From an uncultured Nitrososphaerota archaeon (lineage in GTDB: Archaea > Thermoproteota > Nitrososphaeria > Nitrososphaerales > Gagatemarchaeaceae), in NCBI GenBank assembly GCA_963703285.1, contig OY969807.1, positions 1,504,001 to 1,568,000 of the forward strand: a DNA stretch of 64,000 nucleotides, given 5' to 3'. Of the stretch, positions 38,920-47,901 are shown piece after piece. The translations under genes and the position numbers were made by a program. Positions within the stretch are counted from its first letter, which is position 1. Each line of letters opens with the position of its first letter. The notes under the pieces are model-generated. The model worked only from the letters and a program-made list of their open reading frames with translations. It was not told where the DNA came from and searched no databases.

Positions 38920-39924
38920 TTACCCGAGCTTCAGCAGTCTTGCGGCATTGCCGCCCAGGATCTTCTCCTTCGCTCCGTCGCTGATGTCCAGCTTATTCAC
39001 GCGTTCGACGCAGTGGTCCAGGTCGCCAATCTGGTGAGGGTAGTCGCTCCCCATCACCAACTTCTCCGGGCCCCAGAAGGCCAGCGACGACGCGAGGACG
39101 TCGGAGTCGTAACAGACCGTGTCGAGCCATATTCGCTTGAAATAGTCCGATGGAGGCCGCGGGATGTTCTTCTTGGTCTCAGGATACACCCTGTAGGCCG
39201 CCTCTATCCGCCCGCGCAGGTAGGGGAAGACTCCCCCCGTATGCGTGGCCACCAGCTTGAGTCTTGGAAGCCGCTCCATGACGCCGCTGAAGACGAGCCT
39301 CAGGATGGCGAGGCTCGTGTCCACCCCGAAACCCATGATGGGCACCAGCCTGTAGTCTTCCATCCCCGTGACATTGACGGGGGAGGTCGGGTGGATGAAG
39401 ATGGGGACGTCTAGCTTGACCGCCTTCTCGTACACCTGCATGAACTCCTTGCTGTCGATGGGCTTTCCTGCGACGTTGGAGAAGATCATGGCGCCGCGCA
39501 GACCCCGCTCCTTCACCGCCCTCTCTAACTCCTCCGCAGCCGCCTGGGGGTCCTGCATTGGGAGTGCAGCTAGGGCGACGAACTTGTCGGGGAACTTCTC
39601 CATTATGTCGCCGTAGCTGTCGTTGGTCAGTCTAGCCAGCCTGATGCCCAGGCCGGGTTCCTCCCGTTCGACCCCGGGAGTGGTCAGCGTGATCACCTGC
39701 ATGTCGACCCCGCACTTTGCCATGGCCTTGACTCGGGCATCGAGGTTGACGTGACCGGATACCACCACGTTGTAGTCGCCGGCGTACCTGAGAAGGACCA
39801 CGCCTCTGGAGCCGGTCTCCAGGGTCGCGTGGCCCCGGGAGTCCTTCAGCCCGTCAAGGTATGCCTTGGGGTAAAAGTGGCTATGGAAGTCGATGATCAG
39901 AGGATGGTTCGGAGCCAGAAGCAT
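38920..39924 (-). CDS. Amidohydrolase family 2 (ACMSD-like decarboxylase)
   Basis: IIDFHSH, PIFIHP, THTGG, MGSDYPH, ILGGNAARL. Confidence 0.92.
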   Translation of the reverse strand: MLLAPNHPLIIDFHSHFYPKAYLDGLKDSRGHATLETGSRGVVLLRYAGDYNVVVSGHVNLDARVKAMAKCGVDMQVITLTTPGVEREEPGLGIRLARLTNDSYGDIMEKFPDKFVALAALPMQDPQAAAEELERAVKERGLRGAMIFSNVAGKPIDSKEFMQVYEKAVKLDVPIFIHPTSPVNVTGMEDYRLVPIMGFGVDTSLAILRLVFSGVMERLPRLKLVATHTGGVFPYLRGRIEAAYRVYPETKKNIPRPPSDYFKRIWLDTVCYDSDVLASSLAFWGPEKLVMGSDYPHQIGDLDHCVERVNKLDISDGAKEKILGGNAARLLKLG

Positions 39925-39932
39925 CGGGCTCA

Positions 39933-39979
39933 GTATAAAGGTTCGTTGCACTCCGCCGGGGCATTTCATCCACACGTTG
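39933..39979 (+). repeat. Repeat R14 (full length)
   Basis: GTATAAAGGTTCGTTGCACTCCGCCGGGGCATTTCATCCACACGTTG. Confidence 0.9.
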
Positions 39980-40192
39980 AGTGTGACGAACTGCCTAGCC
40001 TGACCGGGAGTAAATGACCTTGAAGTGCTGAGCGCTCTGCCTCCATGCTTCTCGACGACGGGAGGTCCATCCGGGGCCCTTTGCCTACCTGTCAGAACGT
40101 TTGTGAACCGGACGGCAGACCCGAGCGTGATAGTCTGATCCGAGTGGGGTCTCCTTATATGTAGCAGGTCAAATTGACCACTCGGGCACTGG

Positions 40193-40609
40193 ATGAAGAC
40201 CTGGTCGGTGTTGTATCTACTGATATGGCTGGCCCTCGTCCAGATTTTGATAATTCTCTTCCCGGTGCTTGCCATATCGCAAACCTATGATCTGCACGCA
40301 TTAGTCGGGCTCGCCGTGGTTGCCGTCGCGCTGTACGCCTACTCGGGTGTTCGGAAGACGTCCTGCCCCGACAGAATCAAGAGAATAACCAAGACGACGG
40401 TGATACTTGGCGTGGTCCAAGGCCTGCTCGGGCTGGTCCTCTATGACAGTGTAACGACGGGCCTCGGCGGATCGGAGTTCCGGACGGCAATCTTGTTCCT
40501 TCACGCTGTGAATGCTCTTGCAATAATCACTCAGGCCTCGTCATCTGCAACCGCATTCGACATGTGGGAGGAGAAGGAGTTCTTGGGGACGCAACAACCT
40601 GGTCCCTAG
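40193..40609 (+). CDS. Four-helix membrane protein
   Basis: 4 TM segments with His in TM2 and TM4 (DLHALV, FLHAVN); ATAFDMWEEKEF tail. Confidence 0.7.
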   Translation: MKTWSVLYLLIWLALVQILIILFPVLAISQTYDLHALVGLAVVAVALYAYSGVRKTSCPDRIKRITKTTVILGVVQGLLGLVLYDSVTTGLGGSEFRTAILFLHAVNALAIITQASSSATAFDMWEEKEFLGTQQPGP

Positions 40610-40686
40610 GGGCAGGCTTTGGGGTGAGAGATTACGGGCTCGTCATGTCGGAACAAGCTCGTCGGAATCTTTGCGGCTATTTCTGT

Positions 40687-40718
40687 GCCGTGTGTGGTTC
40701 ATTGCGCCTCCGCCGGGG
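40687..40718 (+). repeat. Repeat R15 (3'-truncated)
   Basis: GCCGTGTGTGGTTCATTGCGCCTCCGCCGGGG. Confidence 0.9.
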
Positions 40719-40756
40719 GACCACCCTGACATATTGAGAAGGCGCCAAAAACCAAG

Positions 40757-40798
40757 GGTAGGATTTACTGATAGGTAGGAAATCATTTTAAGGTAGGA
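40757..40798 (+). promoter_or_regulatory. Putative antitoxin operator: three GGTAGGA direct repeats around a TTTTAA box
   Basis: GGTAGGA at 40757, 40774 and 40792, immediately upstream of the AbrB antitoxin. Confidence 0.6.
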
Positions 40799-40802
40799 AT
40801 CC

Positions 40803-41039
40803 ATGTCAGAATGCATGACTCAAGAGGTCGTGGTCACGAGAAGAGGGCAGACGACGATCCCCGTGGACGTGAGGAGGAAGCTGGGGATTGAGGAAGGAAC
40901 AAGGCTGAAGGTCGAGGCTGTGGAGGGCAAGGTGGTATTCACAAAAATCCCGTCCGTATTTGATTTGGCGGGGACGAGCAAGGGGACCGTGAAAGAAGCT
41001 TTCAATCGCCTTGACGCCATGCGGGAAGAAGAGGGATGA
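40803..41039 (+). CDS. vapB: AbrB/MazE-type antitoxin
   Basis: VTRRGQTTIPVDVRRKLGIEEGTRL. Confidence 0.9.
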   Translation: MSECMTQEVVVTRRGQTTIPVDVRRKLGIEEGTRLKVEAVEGKVVFTKIPSVFDLAGTSKGTVKEAFNRLDAMREEEG

Positions 41040-41046
41040 GGCCAGT

Positions 41047-41442
41047 GTGCTCTTCGAGACGAGGTACTTCTGGGCCATCTTCCGATCCAAAGATCGGCGA
41101 ACCGTAAGAGAACTGAGAGCCATCTACGACCGGGCAGATGCAACTTATGTCTCCTCGATCAGCATCTACGAGGTCTACAAGCAGACGATAGAGTCCGAAG
41201 ACATGCAGGTCGCTGACGTGAGGGTCACGACCATGGAGAATGAGTTCGATGTCGTGGATGTCGACGCCGAGATTGCCGCGGAAGGCGCTAGAATCAGCCA
41301 CAGGCTGAGGATTCCGATGGCCGATTCCCTGATCATGGCTACGGCGAACCGGCTCCGCGTTTCATGCGTCACCGACGACCCTCACTTCACCGAAGTCAAG
41401 CGTACCTGGATAAGAATGAATGAGTCGGATGACGAGAAGTAG
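41047..41442 (+). CDS. vapC: PIN-domain toxin VapC
   Basis: SSISIYEV, IPMADSLIMATA, VTDDPHF; first acidic residue is E (LFET). Confidence 0.88.
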   Translation: MLFETRYFWAIFRSKDRRTVRELRAIYDRADATYVSSISIYEVYKQTIESEDMQVADVRVTTMENEFDVVDVDAEIAAEGARISHRLRIPMADSLIMATANRLRVSCVTDDPHFTEVKRTWIRMNESDDEK

Positions 41443-41444
41443 AT

Positions 41445-41469
41445 GGCATGCTAGGGTTCATTGCGCCTC
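41445..41469 (+). repeat. Repeat R16 (3'-truncated, overlapping a stop codon)
   Basis: GGCATGCTAGGGTTCATTGCGCCTC. Confidence 0.9.
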
Positions 41470-41977
41470 AATGATCAGCCAAACTCTGAACAAACTCTCT
41501 GGAGAGTGAACATGCTTGCTCGGGCGTTAAGCTCGATATGCTCTCGTCCAAGTCGGGAGAACTCTTCACAGCCGTCTGAAGTTCGAATCGTTCTCCTCCC
41601 GTTATTACACTCCAAGAGCTTTCTGGATTCGAAAATCGCCCATACAAGTTTGCAAGGGCGATGAACCTATTTCTTACTGCACGCGAGTAGGTTTCATTCT
41701 CCATCAGCGCCAATAGCCCGATACCTGTCCGAGTTGATTCGCAGAGGTACTTGAGAGCGGCAATCACGGCGAGGGGCTTCTCTCCCCTGAGGCCATAACG
41801 TGCCTGTGACGTCAGCACCTCTATGAAACGCCTGACATTATCTTCTGCAGTGGCAGGATCCATCCTGAGATTATTCGGGCCTGCGCCCTGGACCCGTATC
41901 GTTGTGTTGCATCTGGGGCAGATGAGTTGGGCAGAGTAAGCTTTCATTCGCGAGCCGCAGGACGGGCAGAAATTCAA
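41468..41977 (-). CDS. Protein with N-terminal TFS/RpoM-like zinc ribbon
   Basis: MNFCPSCGSRM......LICPRC followed by an unrecognised domain. Confidence 0.6.
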   Translation of the reverse strand: MNFCPSCGSRMKAYSAQLICPRCNTTIRVQGAGPNNLRMDPATAEDNVRRFIEVLTSQARYGLRGEKPLAVIAALKYLCESTRTGIGLLALMENETYSRAVRNRFIALANLYGRFSNPESSWSVITGGERFELQTAVKSSPDLDESISSLTPEQACSLSREFVQSLADH

Positions 41978-42086
41978 GGGCTTGAATCATCGTCCCCGTG
42001 CCGTTCATAAATGATTTCTCTGCATGCGCGCGAGATTCAGGGCCTCTAGCCATTTCTCGCTCTTGCACTTCAGTAGAAAGCGTTGT

Positions 42087-42135
42087 GCCATGCTAGGGTT
42101 CATTGCGCCTCCGCCCGGGGCATTTCATCCAACAC
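42087..42135 (+). repeat. Repeat R17 (near full length)
   Basis: GCCATGCTAGGGTTCATTGCGCCTCCGCCCGGGGCATTTCATCCAACAC. Confidence 0.93.
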
Positions 42136-42175
42136 CGGCCTATCCGTTAATACCTAGCCCGAATCCGATGCTAGC

Positions 42176-42955
42176 ATGGGCAGGAGCTGGAAGGATTCTC
42201 TGAGGGAAGGAGACCTTCACGAAATCGAGCCCACGTACCGCCACGAGCTGTCCTTCGTCGGAGCCTCGACGGTGGCCCAGCAGTTCTACTGCGAAGCCAA
42301 GGTCGAGAACGAGTACAGGCTTGGTGAGATACCCACCGAGGGCAAGGACGTCGGGACCGGCTTCCACGACGAGATTTTCGCGATGGAGCCGGTGGAGCGC
42401 GAGGACCTCATCAGGCGCATCGAAGAGGCTCCCAGCCTCACAGCCTCGTTCGGGCTGTACGCCGAGGTCGGAGGCCTGCGGGTGGCGGGTGTGCCGGACG
42501 CGGTGATCTTCGAAGGAGGCCGGCCGAGGTGGATAGTCGAGCTGAAGACGACCGGAGGCGACCCCGCGAAGCTCTGGAGGGACCAGGTGGTCCAGGTGAG
42601 GATCTACGGCCTCCTGATGGAGCGGATGGGGTTCGACTGCTCCAACCTGACCCTGGCTCTGATACGCATGAAGCAGTGGCAGGCCCTCGCCCCGCCCGAG
42701 AAGGAGGCGCTGCTGGTCTCCATAAGGGGAGCGCTGCTGGAACAGAAGACCGCGCAGCTCGAGGCGAAGTACGGGATGAAGTTCTTCCTCATGCCGCACG
42801 CAGGACCCGAGGCTGAGAGCGCTATCGCCTGGGCCCAGGACTACTGGCTGAAGAAGAGGGAGGCGATACCGACCACGGTCGAAGGAAAGTGCAGGTCGTG
42901 TGAGTTCAACGAGGTGTGCGTTCACAGTCTCTTCAAGCCGGCCGGGAGTCGCTGA
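42176..42955 (+). CDS. Cas4/Exonuclease V-like PD-(D/E)XK nuclease with 4Fe-4S cysteines
   Basis: QFYCE, GT.FH, GVPD, IVELKT, QVRIYG, KCRSCEFNEVC. Confidence 0.88.
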   Translation: MGRSWKDSLREGDLHEIEPTYRHELSFVGASTVAQQFYCEAKVENEYRLGEIPTEGKDVGTGFHDEIFAMEPVEREDLIRRIEEAPSLTASFGLYAEVGGLRVAGVPDAVIFEGGRPRWIVELKTTGGDPAKLWRDQVVQVRIYGLLMERMGFDCSNLTLALIRMKQWQALAPPEKEALLVSIRGALLEQKTAQLEAKYGMKFFLMPHAGPEAESAIAWAQDYWLKKREAIPTTVEGKCRSCEFNEVCVHSLFKPAGSR

Positions 42956-43054
42956 TCACTCGTTCGACGGGGAGTTCCACTTTTTTCGTTCACTGGGATG
43001 CGCGGTTGTTCGTTACTTGGTCCCCAGCTTGTTTACTGGACACCTTCTCTGCAC

Positions 43055-43846
43055 TCAGAGATTTTCTCGCAGAAAGCGCCCAAGTACCTTGTTGAACTTT
43101 CCAGGTTCTTCCAAGTGGGGTGGATGCCCGCTCTTGTCAAACTCAACCAGTTTGGCGTTGTGGATTTTCTTCGCCATGTAACGGGCTCCCTGAATGGGTG
43201 TTAGTCGGTCGAACTTCCCTTGGAGGATCAGCGTGGGCACGTCGATTTTAGGGAGCACTGGTCTGTAATCTTCCTTCGTGTTCGCCTCCAACGTCTGCAG
43301 CAAAACAGTGAGGGGTGTCTTCAGGTTAACTTGGAATAGCCATTGAGCCATGGGTTGCTGAGGCTCGTGTAGCATTTGGTAAGGAAGATCCCAAATGGCC
43401 TTGGTGAAGTTTTCTTCCAGGGGCTTGATTTGCTTTGCATGCCAACCAGAATTAGGGGAGTTCTTTGCTGCCTTTAGGACCGAGGCGGTTCCTACAAGCG
43501 CGATGCACTTCACGTAAGGTCCGAAGCCGTACTTTTGCGCGTATTTCAAAATGATAAAACTCCCCGTAGACATCCCCACCAAGCAAAGGTTCCGCAACCT
43601 GAGCCGGAGAATGACCTTCCTAACGTCCTCGGCATATGCATCGTGGGTGTAGGGACCAGCGACCTTCTCGGAATCCCCGTGGCCCCGCATATCGAGCGTG
43701 ATTAGACGGAATTCGCTCTGAAGCGCGTGAACCTGATTCTGCCAGACTTCGTGACTCATTCCTCTGCCATGGAGAAACAACACAGGTCTCCCCTTGCCCC
43801 AGTCTTCGTAGTAGAGTCTCACGCCACCGCTACCGCTCACATACAA
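43055..43846 (-). CDS. Alpha/beta hydrolase (non-heme haloperoxidase-like)
   Basis: LYYEDWGKGRPVLFLHG, DMRGHGDS, GMSTG, GKFD, SGHPP. Confidence 0.9.
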   Translation of the reverse strand: MYVSGSGGVRLYYEDWGKGRPVLFLHGRGMSHEVWQNQVHALQSEFRLITLDMRGHGDSEKVAGPYTHDAYAEDVRKVILRLRLRNLCLVGMSTGSFIILKYAQKYGFGPYVKCIALVGTASVLKAAKNSPNSGWHAKQIKPLEENFTKAIWDLPYQMLHEPQQPMAQWLFQVNLKTPLTVLLQTLEANTKEDYRPVLPKIDVPTLILQGKFDRLTPIQGARYMAKKIHNAKLVEFDKSGHPPHLEEPGKFNKVLGRFLRENL

Positions 43847-43920
43847 GTCTAAGTCTGGCTCCTCTCCTACAAATCGAATCACAACATTTTTACCTTTCGT
43901 CTCGCGTTTCTTGGTGGATT

Positions 43921-44736
43921 TTGTTGGGACTCTGGCCAAAGGGTAAGAGATGTGCGGTTGTTCTCTCATTCGATGTCGATGCAGAGTTAATCTGGAACGT
44001 CTGGCTCCCGCAAGCCCCCAAACACTACGACATTACACAAGGGGAGTACGGTCCGCGAGTTGGCTTGCCACGAATATTGGATATTCTCAAGAGGACCGGC
44101 GTAAGGGCCACATTTTTCACGCCTGGATGGGTAGCGGAGAAATATCGCGAGAACATCGCATCGATAGCGAGAGCGGGCCACGAGATAGCTCATCACGGGT
44201 ACAAGCATGAGAACAATGAATTGCTGAGCAAGTCAGACGAGAGAGACATGCTAGTTAAGGGCTCAGAAGCGCTGCTTGCAATCACAGGGCAGAAGCCTGT
44301 AGGTTACCGGATGAGCCGGAGTCCCAACACGCTCTCGCTTCTTTCCGATTTGGGATTCCTCTATGACAGTTCGGCCATGAACGGGGACGTGCCCTATCTT
44401 GAACGAGTCGGCAGCAAGCAGGCGCCAATGGTCGAGCTACCCTTCGGATTCCTGTGCATGGACACGCCCCACCTGATTTACAGCTTCGACCCGCAGACAA
44501 GACTCAAGCCCTTGCTGACCGCCGATCTGGTGGCTAAGCAGTTCAGGGACGAGTTCGATGTTCTCTACGGAGAACGCAAGTATTGTATGTTCACTCTCCA
44601 TCCTCAGGTCATTGGTCGACCGTCGCGTGCCCTTATGCTCGAACAGACAATTTCCTACATGAAGAGCAAGCCGGGCGTCTGGTTCGCGACCGGGAAGGAA
44701 CTCTCCGAGTTTGTTCTGAAACACGATCAGAACTGA
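43921..44736 (+). CDS. Polysaccharide deacetylase family (PgdA/PuuE-like)
   Basis: LSFDVDAE, ATFFTPG, HEIAHHGYKHE, TLHPQVIGRPSR. Confidence 0.9.
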   Translation: MLGLWPKGKRCAVVLSFDVDAELIWNVWLPQAPKHYDITQGEYGPRVGLPRILDILKRTGVRATFFTPGWVAEKYRENIASIARAGHEIAHHGYKHENNELLSKSDERDMLVKGSEALLAITGQKPVGYRMSRSPNTLSLLSDLGFLYDSSAMNGDVPYLERVGSKQAPMVELPFGFLCMDTPHLIYSFDPQTRLKPLLTADLVAKQFRDEFDVLYGERKYCMFTLHPQVIGRPSRALMLEQTISYMKSKPGVWFATGKELSEFVLKHDQN

Positions 44737-44851
44737 AGAGGCACCTTCAGGCACGCGCTGAAGGTTGAACCGTTTCTGACGAATCAGGAGGAGCTGAGGG
44801 AGACAGAACCTTAATTATGGTTCAGAACCGCCTGGCTCGAGACTGAACATT

Positions 44852-46138
44852 TTGAATGCTGACGAGTATTATCACCAAGCGAAGGAACTGATCGATACTT
44901 CGGCACCAGAGGAGGTTCTCCAAACCGTAGAGAGGCTAGTTAGGGAGAACGACGAATGGCGCACGAGAAAGTGCATCAATCTCAACGCGGCGGAGAGCGT
45001 GTTGAGCCCGAGGGCCAACCGACTTCTTCAGTCTGACCTAGAGAGGCGGGCTGTGTTGGGCGAGCTGGGCGCGAGGCACCACAAGGGAGCTCGGTACGTC
45101 GACCAGCTCGACGCAATCGTCACCGAGCAAGCAAGGAAGCTGTTCAAGGTCGACTTCGTGGAGCACCGTCCGGTGACGACCAGCATTGCAAACGCCCTCG
45201 CTCTGCGCAGCCTGACCGAGGTGGGCGACACCATCCTGGCGCTCGAGGCCCCGAGGGGCCACCCCAGCTGGAGACAGCAGGGGTATGCCGGTTTCAGAGG
45301 GTTAGACATCATTGATATTCCCTTCGACTATGCGGAGTGGAATGTTGACCTGGTAAGGCTCAGACAGGTGACCGAGAAGCTCAAAGCACGGCCGAAGGTA
45401 TTCGTCGTCGGCACCTCGGTCTTCCTGTTCCCGCATCCATTGAAGGAGATCGTGAACATAGCCAGCGGAGTCGGGGCGAAGGTGTGGTACGACGCCGCTC
45501 ACGTGTTGGGGTTGATAGCAGGGGGACGGTTCCAGGATCCCCTGGCCGAGGGAGCCTATCTCGTGACCGGGACGACCTCAAAGACGTTGTCTGGACCCAT
45601 GGGCGGAGTCTTGCTTCACAACGACCCGGCTCTGGACAAGGACATTCGGTCCAACTTCGCGGGATTCGTCTCCACGCTGGGCCACCAGCGGACAGCTGCC
45701 CTCGCAGCGACGTTGGCGGAGATGAGTGTCTTCGGGGCCGATTTCGCTGGACAGATAATTTCGAACGGAAAAGCGCTGGCAAGGGCCCTCGACGAGGAGG
45801 GGTTCGATGTTGTCGGTCGTAAGAAGGGGTACACCGAGTCTCACACGGTGGTCTTCGACGTCTCGCGACTGGGCGGGGGCGACCGGGTTGCCAATCTCTT
45901 CGAGGCGGGAAACATAATCTCCAGCGCCTACAAGATCTGGCGCGCCGATGAGCCGTGGGAGGGCATCAGGATCGGCGTGACAGAGGTCACTAGGCTGGGG
46001 ATGAAGGAGACAGAGATGAAGCAGATTGCAAGATACATGCGACGACTCGCCATAGACGGGCAGGAGCCTGAAAAGGTCGCGAGAGAGGTGTCCGATTTCA
46101 GAGGGCAATACACGCAGGTTCACTATTGCTTCGGATAG
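44852..46138 (+). CDS. Serine hydroxymethyltransferase-like PLP enzyme (divergent paralog)
   Basis: INLNAAES, YDAAHVLGLIAGG, GTTSKTLSGPMGG, GIRIGVTEVTRLGM. Confidence 0.88.
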   Translation: MNADEYYHQAKELIDTSAPEEVLQTVERLVRENDEWRTRKCINLNAAESVLSPRANRLLQSDLERRAVLGELGARHHKGARYVDQLDAIVTEQARKLFKVDFVEHRPVTTSIANALALRSLTEVGDTILALEAPRGHPSWRQQGYAGFRGLDIIDIPFDYAEWNVDLVRLRQVTEKLKARPKVFVVGTSVFLFPHPLKEIVNIASGVGAKVWYDAAHVLGLIAGGRFQDPLAEGAYLVTGTTSKTLSGPMGGVLLHNDPALDKDIRSNFAGFVSTLGHQRTAALAATLAEMSVFGADFAGQIISNGKALARALDEEGFDVVGRKKGYTESHTVVFDVSRLGGGDRVANLFEAGNIISSAYKIWRADEPWEGIRIGVTEVTRLGMKETEMKQIARYMRRLAIDGQEPEKVAREVSDFRGQYTQVHYCFG

Positions 46139-46165
46139 AGCTCAGACAACGTTTCCAAACGACGA

Positions 46166-47053
46166 TCAGGGATAGTTGGCTAACCACCACTTCGCGATGT
46201 CCACCCGACGAGCAAACCACACGTCGTCGAACTGCTTCGCGTAGTCCAGAAACCTGTCGAGTGCGACGGCGCGTCCCGGTCTCCCGGTGACCCTAACGTG
46301 TATGGCGACGGTCATCATCTTCGCGTTAGTCTGCGACTCCTGGCGCAGGTAGTCGAACGAGTCCTTCACGTACTGGAAGAATTCTTCGGAGGTGGAAAAC
46401 CGGTTCAGGAGGAAATGAAAGTCGTTCACGTCCAGGGTGTACGGGACGATTAGGAACTTCTTCCGGTTGGCTTTCACATAGTAGGGTATGTCGTCGTTGC
46501 AGAAGTCGGAGTCGTACAGGAAGCCGCCCTCCTCCGCCACGAGCTCAACCGTGTTGACGCTCGGTTCACGGCAGTACCAGCCGACCGGGCGCACTCCCGT
46601 CGTCTTCTTTATCAGGGCGACGGCCTTCCTTATCTCCTCCGCTTCCTGTTTCCGGCTGAGCTTGAAGTGCTCTATCCAGCGGTAGCCGTGGCTGCACACT
46701 TCGTGGCCGCGTCGCACGATGGATTTGGCCGCCTCTGGGTTCGCCTCCAACGACTTGGCGACGGCGAAGAACGTGGTCTTGATGTTGTGTCTGTCGAAGA
46801 GGTCGAGCAGGCGCCAGATCGCCACCCGAGTCTCATACTCGAAAACCGTCTCGATAGACAGGTCGCGGTCGGTCTGGGAGCCGTACCCTGGTATCTCACC
46901 GCCGAATACCTCTGGGCCCTTGTCTCCAAACAGAACATTTCGCTCGCCCGCGGCCTCATAGTTTACGGCAATCTGAACTGCGAGCTTCTTCCCATCCGGC
47001 CATTTGACTTTCGGTGGTTTGGACCCATATCCTACGAAGTCCCGCTGCCACAC
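46166..47053 (-). CDS. puuE: PuuE-type allantoinase / polysaccharide deacetylase family
   Basis: RDFVGYG..PP...WP, VNYE.GE, HEVCSHGYRW, PYTLDVND, GRPGR. Confidence 0.85.
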   Translation of the reverse strand: MWQRDFVGYGSKPPKVKWPDGKKLAVQIAVNYEAAGERNVLFGDKGPEVFGGEIPGYGSQTDRDLSIETVFEYETRVAIWRLLDLFDRHNIKTTFFAVAKSLEANPEAAKSIVRRGHEVCSHGYRWIEHFKLSRKQEAEEIRKAVALIKKTTGVRPVGWYCREPSVNTVELVAEEGGFLYDSDFCNDDIPYYVKANRKKFLIVPYTLDVNDFHFLLNRFSTSEEFFQYVKDSFDYLRQESQTNAKMMTVAIHVRVTGRPGRAVALDRFLDYAKQFDDVWFARRVDIAKWWLANYP

Positions 47054-47166
47054 GCAGGGAAAGAGCGCAAATAATCTATAAAAAGTTTGTAAGCGCGGGA
47101 AACCGATGAGAAGGACAGTCTAGAAGTGTTTGCAAAGTTTTTATCCCCTGGGCCGAAGTAATCAGT

Positions 47167-47871
47167 GTGCAGTATCTGGCTGGAAAGCCAATCCCGACCA
47201 CGCTTGAAGAGGTTGTCGACCCGGCGAGCACCGCGCTCGTGGTGGTTGATGTTCAAAACGACTTCTGCAAGGAAGCTGGGGTATTCCCGAAGCATGGTGT
47301 TGTGATACCTACTGTCAAGAAGACGATTGACAACATCGCCCGGGTCCTGAAGGCCGCTCGAGAAGCTCACATCAAGGTCGTCTTCATTCAGCACACGACG
47401 CTTCCAGGGCGCTTGAGCGACTCCTCTAGCTGGCTCCGCTTCATGCTCAGGACCTTCCCCAACGTGAAGAAGCTGGAGGACATCCCGGAGTTTACCATAG
47501 AAGGCACTTGGGGGCAGCAGGTCGTGGACGAGCTCAAGCCGAAGGAAGGCGAGATGATAGTGAAGAAACATCGATCGAGCGCCTTTATCGCGACAGACTT
47601 GGACTTCGTCCTGAGGAACAACGGGATAAAGAATCTCGTAATCACCGGAGTGACGACGGAGGGGTGCGTGGAATCGACCGCCCGGGACGCGCAGCTCTAT
47701 GACTACAACATCGTGACCTTGAGAGACTGTGTCGACTCCGAGAACCAACCCAATCACGAAGCCATGCTGCAGATTATGAGCGGGAGATGGGACGTCATCA
47801 CGTCGAAGCAGCTCCTCGAGATGTGGCCTTCCAAGACCGAGGAGCAGCTCGTCGCCGCAGGCGAACGCTAG
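47167..47871 (+). CDS. Cysteine hydrolase / isochorismatase family (RutB-like)
   Basis: VVDVQNDF, KHRSSAF, GVTTEGCVESTARDA. Confidence 0.92.
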   Translation: MQYLAGKPIPTTLEEVVDPASTALVVVDVQNDFCKEAGVFPKHGVVIPTVKKTIDNIARVLKAAREAHIKVVFIQHTTLPGRLSDSSSWLRFMLRTFPNVKKLEDIPEFTIEGTWGQQVVDELKPKEGEMIVKKHRSSAFIATDLDFVLRNNGIKNLVITGVTTEGCVESTARDAQLYDYNIVTLRDCVDSENQPNHEAMLQIMSGRWDVITSKQLLEMWPSKTEEQLVAAGER

Positions 47872-47901
47872 AGTCCCAATCTCGGGAATTGGTCGGCGCG
47901 C

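Noticed and set aside
38920-40275. 451-aa version of the amidohydrolase
   Set aside because: The N-terminal extension runs through repeat R14 and overlaps the opposite-strand gene; homology starts near IIDFHSH.
42176-42955. CRISPR-Cas locus
   Set aside because: Only a solo Cas4-like gene; no other cas genes or array.
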